Below, in pieces: positions 31,183 through 43,544 of a DNA stretch of 64,000 nt. Numbering within the stretch: position 1 is the first letter of the stretch; every line of letters starts with the position of its first letter. Origin of the DNA: a virus (lineage: Duplodnaviria; Caudoviricetes); the IMG/VR virus record IMGVR_UViG_2839026242_000001, positions 1-64,000 of that record; one strand, written 5' to 3'. A program made the position numbers and the translations under genes. The notes under the pieces are model-generated. The model saw only the letters and a list, made by a program, of their open reading frames with translations. It was not told where the DNA came from and did not search any database.

Positions 31183-32067
31183 TCATTCGGTCATTAATTT
31201 ATTATATATATTTTTAATTCTTTCTACAGTAGCATCACAGTACCCTAAACTGTTACCTTTACCATCATCATCTTTTTCAATACAAATCCATTTACGATTT
31301 GCTTTTTCACATGCTACAGCGGTAGTGCCAGATCCACTTGTATTATCTAAAACAATATCTCCTTCGTTAGTGAAAGTCTTTACTAACCATTCAAAAAGTT
31401 CAACTGGCTTCTGAGTTGGGTGATACCTTCTCGTGGAGTTATGTACAGCTTCAAAATATAACATTTTATTTTCTAACTCATCTACTTCTTCCACAATATA
31501 AAAATTATCTTCATAATCAAGAACATCATCTGGCATTAGCCAATCCTTGCTTTCACTAGTGTATTCTAATTTTTGTTTACCATAGTTGCTCGTATGCTTG
31601 TCATATTGCTTACCTGATTTTTTCCCACATTTAGTCTGAAATGTTCTTGGAATTGCTTGTGGATTGTAGGTAGGTTGTTCCTTATAAAATATTACAACAT
31701 CCTCAAATGCTACCATCGGTCTTTTCTTGGCATTCAGATTTCCACTTTTTAAGTTCTTACGCCAAACCATCGTATATTTAAAATCTTTTTTATTTGATGT
31801 AATTAACATTGATGTAAATGGCTGTCTGCCAGTAAAAACTAAGACTCCATTTTCTTTAACAATTCTGTTGTATTGATCCCACAGTTTATCAAATGGAATA
31901 ATTTCATCCCATTTATTGCGAGTAGTCATGCCGTAAGGTAAGTCACACAGTACCATGTCAATTGATTTATCTGGGATTCTAGGCATAATTTCTAAGCAAT
32001 CCCCTTTGAGTAACATGCCGTTTGGAGTGTAATAGTAACTATCATTAATCAATGCTCTAAGAGACAA
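31183..32067 (-). CDS. N4/N6 DNA methyltransferase (beta class)
   Basis: GDCL, CDLPYG, HPTQKP, VLDNTSGSGTT. Confidence 0.92.
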   Translation of the reverse strand: MSLRALINDSYYYTPNGMLLKGDCLEIMPRIPDKSIDMVLCDLPYGMTTRNKWDEIIPFDKLWDQYNRIVKENGVLVFTGRQPFTSMLITSNKKDFKYTMVWRKNLKSGNLNAKKRPMVAFEDVVIFYKEQPTYNPQAIPRTFQTKCGKKSGKQYDKHTSNYGKQKLEYTSESKDWLMPDDVLDYEDNFYIVEEVDELENKMLYFEAVHNSTRRYHPTQKPVELFEWLVKTFTNEGDIVLDNTSGSGTTAVACEKANRKWICIEKDDDGKGNSLGYCDATVERIKNIYNKLMTE

Positions 32068-32856
32068 ATTATCAACTCCTTTTTTTCAATCAAACCATTA
32101 TTTTATTATATACTCCATGTCTCTTGGTTAGTGCCTTTTGCTCCACAATCCGCGCATTTATATTCAGCAAAATACTTGTCACCAACAGTATTGCTACTCA
32201 ATCTACGTATCCGAGTGGATTTACATTTACCACAGGAAGTAATAAGTCCCGTATCTCGATGTTGTTTTAGCCAATAAACGATAATTTGCACTTTGTCTTT
32301 CAAACTAAGTGGCTTCTTCAAAAAACTCACCCCAATTAATTTATTTTCGATAAAAATTAGATTTGATTCAAAATTTCTTGTTCTTTCTCAGTTAACTCCC
32401 ATTCAAGTTTGCTAACTACTCTACGTGTTTTACAGTGAGGACAAAATATATAAACTCTATCCTCATAGTCACCATCAACATATCCTCCAATATGCTCGTA
32501 AACAAACTCTTGTCTTTCCAGCAACTTGTGCCACTTATGCTCACATTTTGGCTTCTTCTTTTTCCACCACAAGTAATTTCACTTCCAAATCAAATTAGGT
32601 TTTTATCTAAACTCTAAATCCCAATGCCAATTGCCAAAAACCAAGATGCAATAACAAATAATATTCTCGATAGGAGTCCAGATTTTCACTTGCTACATTT
32701 GCCCCCAACGTAAAACTCTTAGATCTCCAATTACTATGAAAACTGCAAATTAAATGTTCACTATTTAACTCCCAATGCAATTTTCTTCATCTCCCTATAG
32801 GGTATGTTTTATTTCAATTGCCTCCAAAATCCACTACTTTCTATGTTACTTTTATT

Positions 32857-33216
32857 TTAGATTTCAGGTTTAATAAATTTTTCTCCCTCGTAAAATATTG
32901 TTTTTGTTTCTGTGGGTGCAGGTAGAACTTGTTCATTTTTGTACTTAGATCTCTTGTCTAATTCCATAATGCCCAGTGTGCAATAATTCGCTGCGTCCAT
33001 CAGTGTATCACGAATGCTTTCATCCCTAACAAGCGCTTCGTTTTTATAAAGCTGCTTTAATCGGCGTAATTTGTCGTCTAGACGTATAATCAATGACAAT
33101 AGGCCATATTCTTTCCATTGCTCGCTGAATGAGTCACCATAATCTGTATTCTTTTTAATGTATATATCATGCATTTCATTTAGGATTTCATTATGCAAAT
33201 GATGATCGTTATTCAT
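32857..33216 (-). CDS. DUF1599 / nucleotide-modification-associated all-alpha NTP-PPase-like protein
   Basis: KKN.DYGDSF, RL.DK..R, ES..DTL.D.ANY. Confidence 0.82.
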   Translation of the reverse strand: MNNDHHLHNEILNEMHDIYIKKNTDYGDSFSEQWKEYGLLSLIIRLDDKLRRLKQLYKNEALVRDESIRDTLMDAANYCTLGIMELDKRSKYKNEQVLPAPTETKTIFYEGEKFIKPEI

Positions 33217-33787
33217 TAGTTTCCCCTCTTTCAAGTTTCTGTTTATATTCAAGAACTGCTCGAACATAGTTATTATCTATGTTTTTTCGTTTACTTGATC
33301 CCATCCCATAACGATAAGCTGTCAATACTCTCTTAGTCACCGTTCCTTCGTCATAACCTTCATTCAGATACTTCTTTCTGAGATAATTAACATACCATGC
33401 TGCCATTTTCGTTGAGTGGTAAGGATTAAATACATCTACATTTTTAATATTTGTTTGCTCACTAAGCCACTTAACCGTATTTCGTTTATTGATCTGAAAA
33501 AGTCCCATGCTGGAATTATCATACGAAACGGCTTTTGGATTAAATCTTGACTCTGTGTAAGCAATTGCCAACAATAGTTCAAAAGACAAGCCATACTTTT
33601 TAGATTCATCCCATATGTATTTCTGTACTTCTGAACTGAGGTTGATTTGATATGGTTTAAATGTATCTTCCTCTTGACTTGCCGCCACGACATCTTTCTT
33701 GACTTGCATCACCACAATCTGATCGGTGATATGATATACTGGAGCATTCGCTTGTAATGCGAATGCAAGCAAGAAAAACTGTACCAT
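33209..33787 (-). CDS. Secreted lytic transglycosylase (SLT domain)
   Basis: Hydrophobic N-terminus; ESRFNP.A.S, GLFQIN, AY..G motifs. Confidence 0.85.
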   Translation of the reverse strand: MVQFFLLAFALQANAPVYHITDQIVVMQVKKDVVAASQEEDTFKPYQINLSSEVQKYIWDESKKYGLSFELLLAIAYTESRFNPKAVSYDNSSMGLFQINKRNTVKWLSEQTNIKNVDVFNPYHSTKMAAWYVNYLRKKYLNEGYDEGTVTKRVLTAYRYGMGSSKRKNIDNNYVRAVLEYKQKLERGETNE

Positions 33788-36700
33788 CTCGTCCTCCTTT
33801 CTATTGAACCATAACATTTTAATTAATGATTGTCTACTATTTATTTTTATTCTCTTTAATATATTGTGAGATTTCACCTGCTTTCCCCACCATGCCAATT
33901 ACGAAATTTTTATTATTAGATGTGATGATTTTCATCTAATGTCACTCCTTCCACAATATCATTGATTAATGCTTGGATTAATTGATATACACGTACAACT
34001 TCCCAGTCAAATTCTCCTGCAACCTGAATATTGTATGTATCTTTTTGTCGTGAAATTAAGATTTCAATTTTCCCATCTGATTCATCGTTAAAAAATAAGA
34101 TAACACCATTGTCTACTGCTCTAATCCCATAACCATCCAATAGATATGTTCTTTTAATTCTATTTTTAATTTTATTTAGAATATCTTCGCAAAATTTATA
34201 GTGAATCCATATTGTAAGTTTGTTATCCACTTCCTGTATTCCTCCGATTATTATATTATTTTTATATAAAGCTACAATTTGATTAGATTTTCTCGGGCAA
34301 TTGTAATGCCGTGACAAACACCTTGGTAGTAATTTTTTTCTGCACTATTCTGCGAAAGTAAAAAACGCTTTTCATAGTTGTCATACAGTTCTTGAAGTTT
34401 CTCTTCTGGTGTCAATTCGATTTCATATCCATTGATTAATGCTGTATAGTAAACATTAGGATTATCTTTCATAAAAATATATAATCTACTAACTATATCA
34501 TGAATATCTGCTTTTTGTTCCTTCGGCAAATCGTCAAAACCAACAACTGTTTCCCCTGAAAGTTCGTAAAATACTTTGTTAAATAGATATTTTTCATGAG
34601 TAACCATTTTTCGCATAAGCTTAAGATCGTTTGCAATTTTTTTAGGTAGTTTTACTTTTACCATATGTATCTCCTTTACTTTAAGAATTTGATTTTATTC
34701 AAAAAACAATCTGTTTTACTAACATGAATTTCTTTAAATCATCCAACTGTTCTTTATCCAACCGGATCTCAACTACCTTATCATCACCCCTAAGAAGTAA
34801 CGTGCATTCGAAATAACTATCTTGAATAAAGTCCAGTTCTAAGTTCTCATCAAAAGTGAAATCAATCGTTGCATTGACCAATATAGCCACCCCTTTAATA
34901 ATTTTCAATAAAATCGACATTTGATCTAGTTTTTAATTCTCCATTCGCCCTCAAAAATCTTTCTCCATGTCAATTTTTCATCTAAATTCTTTGAGTTAAA
35001 TGCAACAATCTTATCATCAATTTCTAACTCGATTTCACCACCAAAATTTAGCCAATCATATGCTTGTTTAAAATAGACGTAAGTGTATTCAGGCAAATTA
35101 ATATAACTCCAGTCATAAAGTTTTAAAGTCTGTATGTCAGCATCAAATTTCTCTGTTGGAAACCCATCATATTCGCAATAATATAAATTGCCATTGAACC
35201 ATCTTATATAAACTTCTTGAACATACTCATTATCTTTTGCTATGCCTTCAAGCATCTGATGTTTTTGTAGATTGCTCAATGCCTCCCAAATATTCATATA
35301 TCTTCTCCTTTTTAATAAAAATGTTATTTCATTCTGATTTCTCTTATTTTTAGGTCGTATATAACCTCATAAATACAGTCGCAGCTTTCACATTGTCGTA
35401 TTTCTTTCCCTAACCAGTCATTGACACTGTATGTATCTTCACTTTTACATCTTGGACACAATAGTTCATCCAGTTCGATTTGCCCTTCCTGCATGTCATC
35501 ACCTATTTCCATTGAAAGACTTGTTTTATCTAAATATCCTATCTAAATACCTATTATTTAATTCATCAATATCATTGTTGATTTTCTTAATTTTTTCATT
35601 GCTATTTTCCCAGTCACTTAAAAATTTGTTTATTATATATCTTAATTCTTCTAATTCTCTAATTGCTTGGTTAAATAATCCATATAACTCATCACTAATC
35701 GGAGGGATATTTTTAGATTCATCTCCAGCATGGAGAATATCTAAACATTCTTTGCAAAGCTTTAAATCCACACCCATAATAAGCACTGCCTTTCCAATCA
35801 AATTTGAGTTTTAAAGGCTTTATGTAGTTTGCAATCCCCAAAAACTCAATTCCGGTTTTGGTGTTGGGTCATCATCAATTACAATACAATCATCCTCATG
35901 AACAGCATAATCTTCTCTACTTGTAGATTTCACCCAATACCAGCCGTTAGGAGATTTTTGACCATCAATGACAAAGTACTCTTTGTCCACTTCTTTTTTA
36001 TACCAATCATTACCGTTGATAATTTTTATTTTCAAGGCAATTCTCCTTTCTAAATCAAATTGAGTTTTATAAGGTTATATTTGATTACTCCTCGAATCGG
36101 TCTAAGTATTATTCAATCAACTTATAACTATATCTAATTGCCAATCCATGTACGTGGTTTAAACGATTCTGTAACTTTTCATTTTCGTAGTAATGTATAT
36201 CTCTCGCTTTAATGGCACTTTCCAAAGACTCTATAAGCCAGTCAACATCTGAAAATAATTCAGTAGTTTCTACGTCTTTTGTTAAATCATAACCCTTCCC
36301 AGTTTCCGAAAGACGATCTTTAATTTTCTTCAATCTGTCCATTTGTGCCTCCTCTATACAAAACCTAATGCAATGTTGGTTTCATTCGGTTTTATTGTCC
36401 GTCATTCCACTATTCTTTATATTCTGGCAGTGTTTCTTTAAGAGTTTGAATGATATGTGGAACTGGATCACTAGTGGAACGGATATGAATATCAATTTCC
36501 TGTAGTGCTTAGGAGCGAGATTGTCGCTCCTAGTGACTTCCACCGTTCAAATAAGTGTCAAACTCAGCCTTTGTCTTGCCTGTTATTTCTTTATAGGCAT
36601 CATCGATTGTAACGGTATCTGAATATAAGGTGGCACCGTTGAATTGACCACAAGCTAGGATGCCTTCGTTTTTATAAGACAGGAGTTCTTCTACCGCTTC

Positions 36701-39021
36701 GTCTATGGAAGAGCCCAGTAGGAATTTAATCTCTTTATACTGTTTAACCAAATGACATTCCTCCTTTATTCTCTCAGCGACAACATTCAAATCCCCACTT
36801 TACTTAATACACAGTTTGATAAATTATACAGTGGTAATTAGCTCTTGTTCATCATCATCAACTACAGCTACCCATACTACGGTTTTCATCTTCTTGCCAC
36901 ACTTGCAATTCCACTCTTCGAAAAACCCTTTATTCTCCTTTACAGCTTCTTCGGGTTCATAATCGGTGTAATCCACATGGTTATACTCGTTGCATTTCGG
37001 GCAAGGAAAAGACAATATTGGCATATTTAATACCTCCTGATTTTTCAATTTGAGCATTCTGGATAGATCGGCTCTATCCAGACTAACTATTGTGATAAGA
37101 CCTCTTTTTTCATGCAGTCAGGGCATTTAGGTTGTGGTCTGTGTAAATCATCTTCATAAGGGTTTCCGCAATCCCCACAGCCCCATAGAGTTTTTGCCAT
37201 ATACCAACCCTCCGTCCTAACTATTGAGATAACACTTCAAGTTCAGCTTTCAGATGTTTAACGCAATCTTTCATCGAGTGACTGATGTAACATCCCTTTT
37301 TGTAGTATTTCAGGTAGTTTTCAACCACCTGATCGACCGTGTAAGTGTAGTCTCTCTTGGCAATAAATCTCTCCACGTTCTGCCGAGCCTGTTCTTTATC
37401 CATCCGTCTTTCCTCCTTACACATTTTGTTAAGACCTAATGAAACATCTCTTTTATCTCCTTATGTATCCCACTTACTTAAGTGGGCAAATCTATTCAAT
37501 CGCATCTAAAATTAAAAGAGTCGTTTTCTTCTGGTTAATTTTATCAACAACTCCCTTAATCTCAATAGCATCTCTCCCCAGCCGATATATCAACCAATTT
37601 ATCTCCTTCTTGAAGACTATTGATTAATTCGTTTAACTTTGGTCTATTTGTTGCTGTTTCAATTGAAAATTCTTCAACAATCTCAATTGCTTTATTATCC
37701 TTCAAGTATTTGTGTTGAATTTCTAAGCTTTGGCGATTGTTAGCGGAACATCAAGCGCAACCATAAATCATATAGTTTCACATCTGCCCTTCTATTAATT
37801 TTTAAATACTGGGTAAGAAATGTATGACATATCTGCAATCCCATATTTTTTATTCAACATCTTAAGATCATGTTGCATTTGAAGTTCTTTAATTTGCGAG
37901 TCGTTTTTATGTTTTCGTCTAAACCTCTCCAACTCATCTTCTTTGGTTTTTAACAAATGGCTATATATCCATGCGTATTCTTCGCGCAATTTCTGTTCTT
38001 CCTTGGCTGTATCGCAAAGACAATAATAGTCGTTTTCCTCAGCAAAATTAACGTGCTTCCTTGCTTTTTCTAAGCAATATACACAAAATACTTCTCCGCC
38101 AATATTAATGGTTTGAGTTATAGGTCTTATAATAACTCTCTTAAAGTCCATTATATTTAACCTCCTAAATAAGCCCATTAAACAATACTATTTATATTAT
38201 TATTTACTCATTTGTTGTCATTAATCTAGTTCCTTGTTTTAATTTTATTTCTTATGAGCCTTATAAGCGCAATTATCATAAACAGCATAACAAGTAATAC
38301 AAAAGCTCCAATAACTGCACCCATTGAAATTCCCATGTCCCACCCTGTAATAATAGAGACAATGTATGATAATAGAGATACAATTAGATAAAACAACCAA
38401 AACCAAGGACTACACAAAGAATTCCAAAATTCTTTGATGCTACGCTTGATCTCTTTTCGTGCTAACAAGAAGTTCCCCACCCATATGTTTTAATACTCTA
38501 CACAATCTTCTACAGGAAGCCATGTTTCATAACCATCATCAAACCTCAATCTAAGACTACTACCTTTAATATTAATGATTTCACCAACTCGACCATAAAG
38601 CTGTCTTTTGTCGGTGTCAAAACTTGTTGAAATTACCTCAGCCCGATCTCCTACTTGATAATCATTAAAATACATATAACTTTTCTCCTTTCTTATGCCC
38701 AGCAGTGGACATCATCATAATTTACTTCAAATTCTTCGCCAAACTCTTTTTCATCATCCCAGTCGTAAAACTGAACGGTCAACACTCGTCCTTCATCATA
38801 CTTGACAATAAAGTTGTCTTTGCTTTTAGTCCAACCTTCTGGAATTTCAACTCCTGCACGTTGAATTGCCTTCATCATTGAATTTTCACATGGAAACTCT
38901 GCAACGTAACCCTCCAAATTACGTCTGTCAATTCCACGTATTACAATTCCTCCTTAGTTTTGGTTAATTTTATTTTTATATTTTAATTTTTATTTCTTTA
39001 AAATCAAATCAAATATCCATT

Positions 39022-39810
39022 TTATTGTAAATCTTTAAGCAACTTTTGATCAGTTAATTCATCATATGTGCTTTCAATGCGTTTATTTGCAATCTCTATG
39101 TATTTTGTTTCCGTTTCAAATCCAATAAACTTACGTCCTGTTTTTAATGCAGCTACTGCGGTGGTTCCAGATCCCATACAATTGTCTAAGACAATCTCAT
39201 TTTCGTTAGTATATGTTCGAATAAGATATTCAAATAGAGCTACAGGCTTCTGTGTAGGATGTTGTTTTTCTGCTCTATTCGCATTACTGAATTGAATAAG
39301 ATTCTTTGGGTAATATTCATTGTTCACTGATTCCACGCTATGAAAGTCACCATAATTTTCAGTGCCATTGCCTTTAATATATCCACCTTTTTTGCGAGGT
39401 TTACCTCTTACTTCCATCTGAGGATTATACGTGCATTGTTTTTTATAAAATACAACGATATCCTCAGTAACTCGAAGTGGTTGCTTTTTAGCATTTAAAA
39501 ATCCTGATGGATTCGCTTTATCCCATGTCCATGTGTATTTGAACCATTTCCTGTTGCTGTTAATCAAGTCACTAGTAAATGGTTGAGATGCAGTCAGTAC
39601 AATTGCACCATTGTCCTTAATGATTCGCTCGTATTGTTCCCACAGTTTATCCAACGGAATTACAGAATCCCATTTATTTTGCGTTGTACCATAAGGTAAA
39701 TCACAAAGGATCATATCAATATCGCCATCAGGAATTAGCTTCATACCTTCTAAACAATCCATTTGGTAAATGCGATTCAATTCAAGACTTCCTAGTAGTT
39801 CTTTATCCAA
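39022..39810 (-). CDS. N4/N6 DNA methyltransferase (beta class), paralog of 31183-32067
   Basis: DCL, CDLPYGTT, HPTQKP, LDNCMGSGTT. Confidence 0.93.
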   Translation of the reverse strand: MDKELLGSLELNRIYQMDCLEGMKLIPDGDIDMILCDLPYGTTQNKWDSVIPLDKLWEQYERIIKDNGAIVLTASQPFTSDLINSNRKWFKYTWTWDKANPSGFLNAKKQPLRVTEDIVVFYKKQCTYNPQMEVRGKPRKKGGYIKGNGTENYGDFHSVESVNNEYYPKNLIQFSNANRAEKQHPTQKPVALFEYLIRTYTNENEIVLDNCMGSGTTAVAALKTGRKFIGFETETKYIEIANKRIESTYDELTDQKLLKDLQ

Positions 39811-40189
39811 CTTATTTCCCCCTTACAATTTGCAATTTCCCTTATATGTTTTGATTAACTTATTGATATAGTTACGATCAATACGCTTTTCTCTCCACCA
39901 ATCAAAGTCATGCTTTAGCAATTGTGACTCCATTTTATTCTTTGGGCGCAAAACCGACCACTACATTTTCTAAATGAAATACCTTTTTAATTTTATTTGC
40001 TATACAACCGATGACTCCGTGACACATTCTGTATAGTTTCCATAAGTACTTCTTTAAAATCTGGCTGCTGATCTCGTGTCTTTGTGTTACTGTAGTATGT
40101 ATTGGATTTACGTTCTTGATGGAGTGATTTCGTATCTACTTTCATCATGACCCTCCTCTCTGTTTTCCTCTTGTTTTTAATTTACCATA

Positions 40190-40223
40190 TATTTTTAGTT
40201 ATTACAACATATTTTTGGTTATT
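40190..40223. repeat. Direct repeat TATTTTT(A/G)GTTATT x2, 20 bp apart, in the promoter region after dnaE
   Basis: Copies at 40190-40203 and 40210-40223; the same box occurs at 24753 and 49994. Confidence 0.6.
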
Positions 40224-43200
40224 ATTTCAATCCTCTTTCTGACTTCCATTGCTCTAATATCTTCATTTGCTCCGTTCTGAATTGCCCTCCGCTTTTCGTC
40301 GCCAGTATCACAACATTACTTCCCTTCTCGATGATGTCTTGGTATTGAACCAGTTGGTTATTAAAGATTACTCCTTCAATAATGCCCTCTGATGGTGTCA
40401 GTAATTCAATGTAAGCATATGGCTTTCCATTCTTTTGTTTTTTTCGCTTTACAGATGTGATGGTTCCGACAACTACACATTTTTTATTATCTTCGTAATA
40501 TGAAAATGGCCTAAAGTGCTGCTTGACATCATCAAATGGGTTCCCATTAATAAAAATTGAAAGTGTCTCATACTCGTACATTTCTGGTGATCCCATGTAC
40601 TTCTCTTTAAACTCGTTTATATGCTTACATTGCCTTTCAGATAATTTATCTTCGAATTCTTTTAACTTATAGCTATTGTACTTAGTTAAGCATTTCTCTT
40701 TGTCCTTAAATTCTTCATCTGAATGAATAACTCCAAGTTCAAGCAGTTTTTGTTTATTGGGCAAAGTCTTTGATGGCTTAAACGTTCCTGTTGGCATATC
40801 CATCTTGGCATATTCCAATAACAACTCATCTTTATTGCTCCCAAATGCACCACTCTTGATTAACGCAATCACTGTTGACGAGTCTACTTTGCATCGCTCT
40901 ATAAAATCTTTGAGTCCAGTAAACTCGCCCTTAGTTCTTTCTTCAAGGATTGCAATAGTTGCACTTTCCCCTACACCTTTGATTGATTCAAATCCAAACA
41001 GGATGTCATTTCCAACCTTCGAGTAGTACCTGTCAGATTTATTAATATCAGGTGCAAGGACTTTTATCCCCATACGGTGACATTCATTAATATACTTGGA
41101 TGTTTGCTCATAATCGCCAATCTCTGATTTAAGCAATGCTGTCATAAATGCAACTGGGTGATAATACTTGAGCCAAGCTGTTACATAAGAAAGCAATCCA
41201 TATGCTGTACTATGACCAAGGTTAAATGAATACTCGGCTTGAGCAGCAATTAACTTCCACATCTCTTCAATTTGATCTTGAAGCCAGTTTCTCAACTCCA
41301 AACCGCTTTTAAACTTGCCAAATTGCTCTGCCATGACATCTGCTTTCTTTTTGCCAATAGCCCTACGAGCATTGTCCTGCTCATCTTCTGCGAATCCTGC
41401 AAGACCAAATACTTTTAGTGCTTGTTCTTGATACAACATAACCCCATATGTCCCTTGAAGAATAGGCTTAAGGTCATCGTGAATATATTTGATTAACTCT
41501 TGATTTAATTTGTTCCTTATGTAATCTTTGTCCATGCCAACAGATAATACCGCAGGTCGGTTCATTGCGTTTACTGCAAATATGTCGTAAATACTGTCGG
41601 CCTTCATTGCTTTAAACATTTCCTGTGCTACATATGCTTCCATTTGGAATACCCCTAACGTATTGCCCTTCTGATAAATCTCTTTATAAACATTCTCATC
41701 ATCAAGATTTAACTTGCTAAGGTTGATGTCGTCCCATGTTAACCCTGCCAGTTTAAGTGTGTCTTCTACAACATCAAGAGTATTTAGGCCAAGAAAGTCC
41801 ATCTTCACCAGTCCCAAATCTTCCATTGCATTGTACATATCCATTTGCATCATTAAATTACCGTTTTGGTTGTACATGACTGGTGAATAATCAGTAATCG
41901 GCGTAGGAGCAATAATAACTGCCGCAGCATGACATCCAACTGATTTGGGTAGGTTCTGTAGAAACTTCGTGTATTCAAATAACAATGGATACTCTTCAAC
42001 ATACCTTTGAAGTTCGGATGATGCTTCAAGAGCACGTTCAATGGTCATTTTTTTATTTGGATCATCGGGAATTAATTTTGCAATCTTATCACGAATTGAA
42101 TAAGGGATGTTATAAATTCCTTGTTCGTCGAAAATCTTCCCTAAATCACGAATGCATACTTTTGGAGATAAGGAGTTAAACGTAGCCACTTGTGCTACAT
42201 TCTCCACTCCAAATAGTTCAACAGCAATTTCTAAAGCTTCTTGTCTTCTCGCTTTACTTATGTCGATGTCATAATCGGCTGGCGAGCCTTTTCTTCCCTT
42301 ATTAGCAAATCGTGCAAAGTCTAGATTCCAGCGAATACTATCTACCTCTGTTACTCCCAATGTGTATAGGGTTAAACAGTTAGCACCAGATCCACGACTA
42401 TAGCCAAGAGGGATATTGCGCTCTCGAATTTTATCAATTAACTGCTTCAGCATGATAAAGTAGCTGCAATATCCCAAATAATCAAGTACCTCGAATTCAT
42501 TTAACAAACGATTTCTATACTGCCTTTTCTTTTCTGGTGGCAATTTATCAAATCCACGTTTCTTCCAACCTTCTTTGACTAGATGTTTTAAGTATTCTTG
42601 CTCATTCTGAAACCCTTTTGGAATCTTAATATGTGGCATTAAATTTTGATGCAATTTGATTTCTAAATTACACTGCTCTGCAATCTCATCAGTTGTTGCA
42701 ATTCCAATCTCTACAGCATCATAGCCAATTTGCTTATCCATCACTTGATGTATAGTTTCAATATCTGTTTGCCAGCAGCCTTCGTATGTCTCCCCAACTT
42801 CTCGATCCTGTCCAATCTGAATAAACTTTCGATGAATATCTTTCTGAAGTTCACTACCATCGCGCAGATGAGTATCAAAGGTAATAGTGTATTTTGTACT
42901 TGTGTCTTGAGCAAGTTTCAATAATCTCTTATTCGCTTCTGCTTGATCTTTGGTATCATGGCTTTGCAATTCAATATAAAAGTTGTCACCAAATACTTCT
43001 TTGTATTTATTAACCCATACTTTAGCTTCATCCCACTTTGGAGTAAAGTTTTCACAGGAATCACCACCGCAACATTTACACCATGATCGATAAAGCAATC
43101 TGGAGATGCGACCACCCAAACAAGCAGACATCGCAATAATATCTTTTGAATACTTTGCAATAGTCTTCAAATCTACTCTGGGCTTACCATAAAATCCTCG

Positions 43201-43524
43201 TGTGTTGCCCTCAGAGACAATTCGGAATAAATTTTTCAATCCTTCCTCAGATTTTGCGAGTAAAATCAAATGGTATCTGTCCGAATCCTTTTCTTTATAA
43301 TCCATATCTGTTGTTTCATATACTTCGCATCCGGCGATAAACTTAATACCTAGTTCTTTAGCTTTTTTATACCCACGAACATATGAGAACATGTTTCCAT
43401 GTTCTGTAATGGCAACAGCGTTAAAACCAAGATCATGAGCTTGTTGCACCAGTTCTTCTGGTGACATTACAGCATCTAATAGACTAAAGTATGTATGATT
43501 GTGTAAGCTAGAGAATTTACCCAA
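40222..43524 (-). CDS. dnaE: DNA polymerase III alpha subunit (YorL-like)
   Basis: PHP HNHTYFSLLD, RGSGA, DYDID, KMDFLGL, YSFN..H, C-terminal OB fold. Confidence 0.96.
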   Translation of the reverse strand: MGKFSSLHNHTYFSLLDAVMSPEELVQQAHDLGFNAVAITEHGNMFSYVRGYKKAKELGIKFIAGCEVYETTDMDYKEKDSDRYHLILLAKSEEGLKNLFRIVSEGNTRGFYGKPRVDLKTIAKYSKDIIAMSACLGGRISRLLYRSWCKCCGGDSCENFTPKWDEAKVWVNKYKEVFGDNFYIELQSHDTKDQAEANKRLLKLAQDTSTKYTITFDTHLRDGSELQKDIHRKFIQIGQDREVGETYEGCWQTDIETIHQVMDKQIGYDAVEIGIATTDEIAEQCNLEIKLHQNLMPHIKIPKGFQNEQEYLKHLVKEGWKKRGFDKLPPEKKRQYRNRLLNEFEVLDYLGYCSYFIMLKQLIDKIRERNIPLGYSRGSGANCLTLYTLGVTEVDSIRWNLDFARFANKGRKGSPADYDIDISKARRQEALEIAVELFGVENVAQVATFNSLSPKVCIRDLGKIFDEQGIYNIPYSIRDKIAKLIPDDPNKKMTIERALEASSELQRYVEEYPLLFEYTKFLQNLPKSVGCHAAAVIIAPTPITDYSPVMYNQNGNLMMQMDMYNAMEDLGLVKMDFLGLNTLDVVEDTLKLAGLTWDDINLSKLNLDDENVYKEIYQKGNTLGVFQMEAYVAQEMFKAMKADSIYDIFAVNAMNRPAVLSVGMDKDYIRNKLNQELIKYIHDDLKPILQGTYGVMLYQEQALKVFGLAGFAEDEQDNARRAIGKKKADVMAEQFGKFKSGLELRNWLQDQIEEMWKLIAAQAEYSFNLGHSTAYGLLSYVTAWLKYYHPVAFMTALLKSEIGDYEQTSKYINECHRMGIKVLAPDINKSDRYYSKVGNDILFGFESIKGVGESATIAILEERTKGEFTGLKDFIERCKVDSSTVIALIKSGAFGSNKDELLLEYAKMDMPTGTFKPSKTLPNKQKLLELGVIHSDEEFKDKEKCLTKYNSYKLKEFEDKLSERQCKHINEFKEKYMGSPEMYEYETLSIFINGNPFDDVKQHFRPFSYYEDNKKCVVVGTITSVKRKKQKNGKPYAYIELLTPSEGIIEGVIFNNQLVQYQDIIEKGSNVVILATKSGGQFRTEQMKILEQWKSERGLK

Positions 43525-43544
43525 ATAATCACCTCAAATAATTT

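Noticed and set aside
36509-37490. Isolated hairpins at 36509-36533, 37059-37083 and 37468-37486 as a repeat family
   Set aside because: They share no sequence and lack T tails; most simply they are independent mRNA stem-loops.
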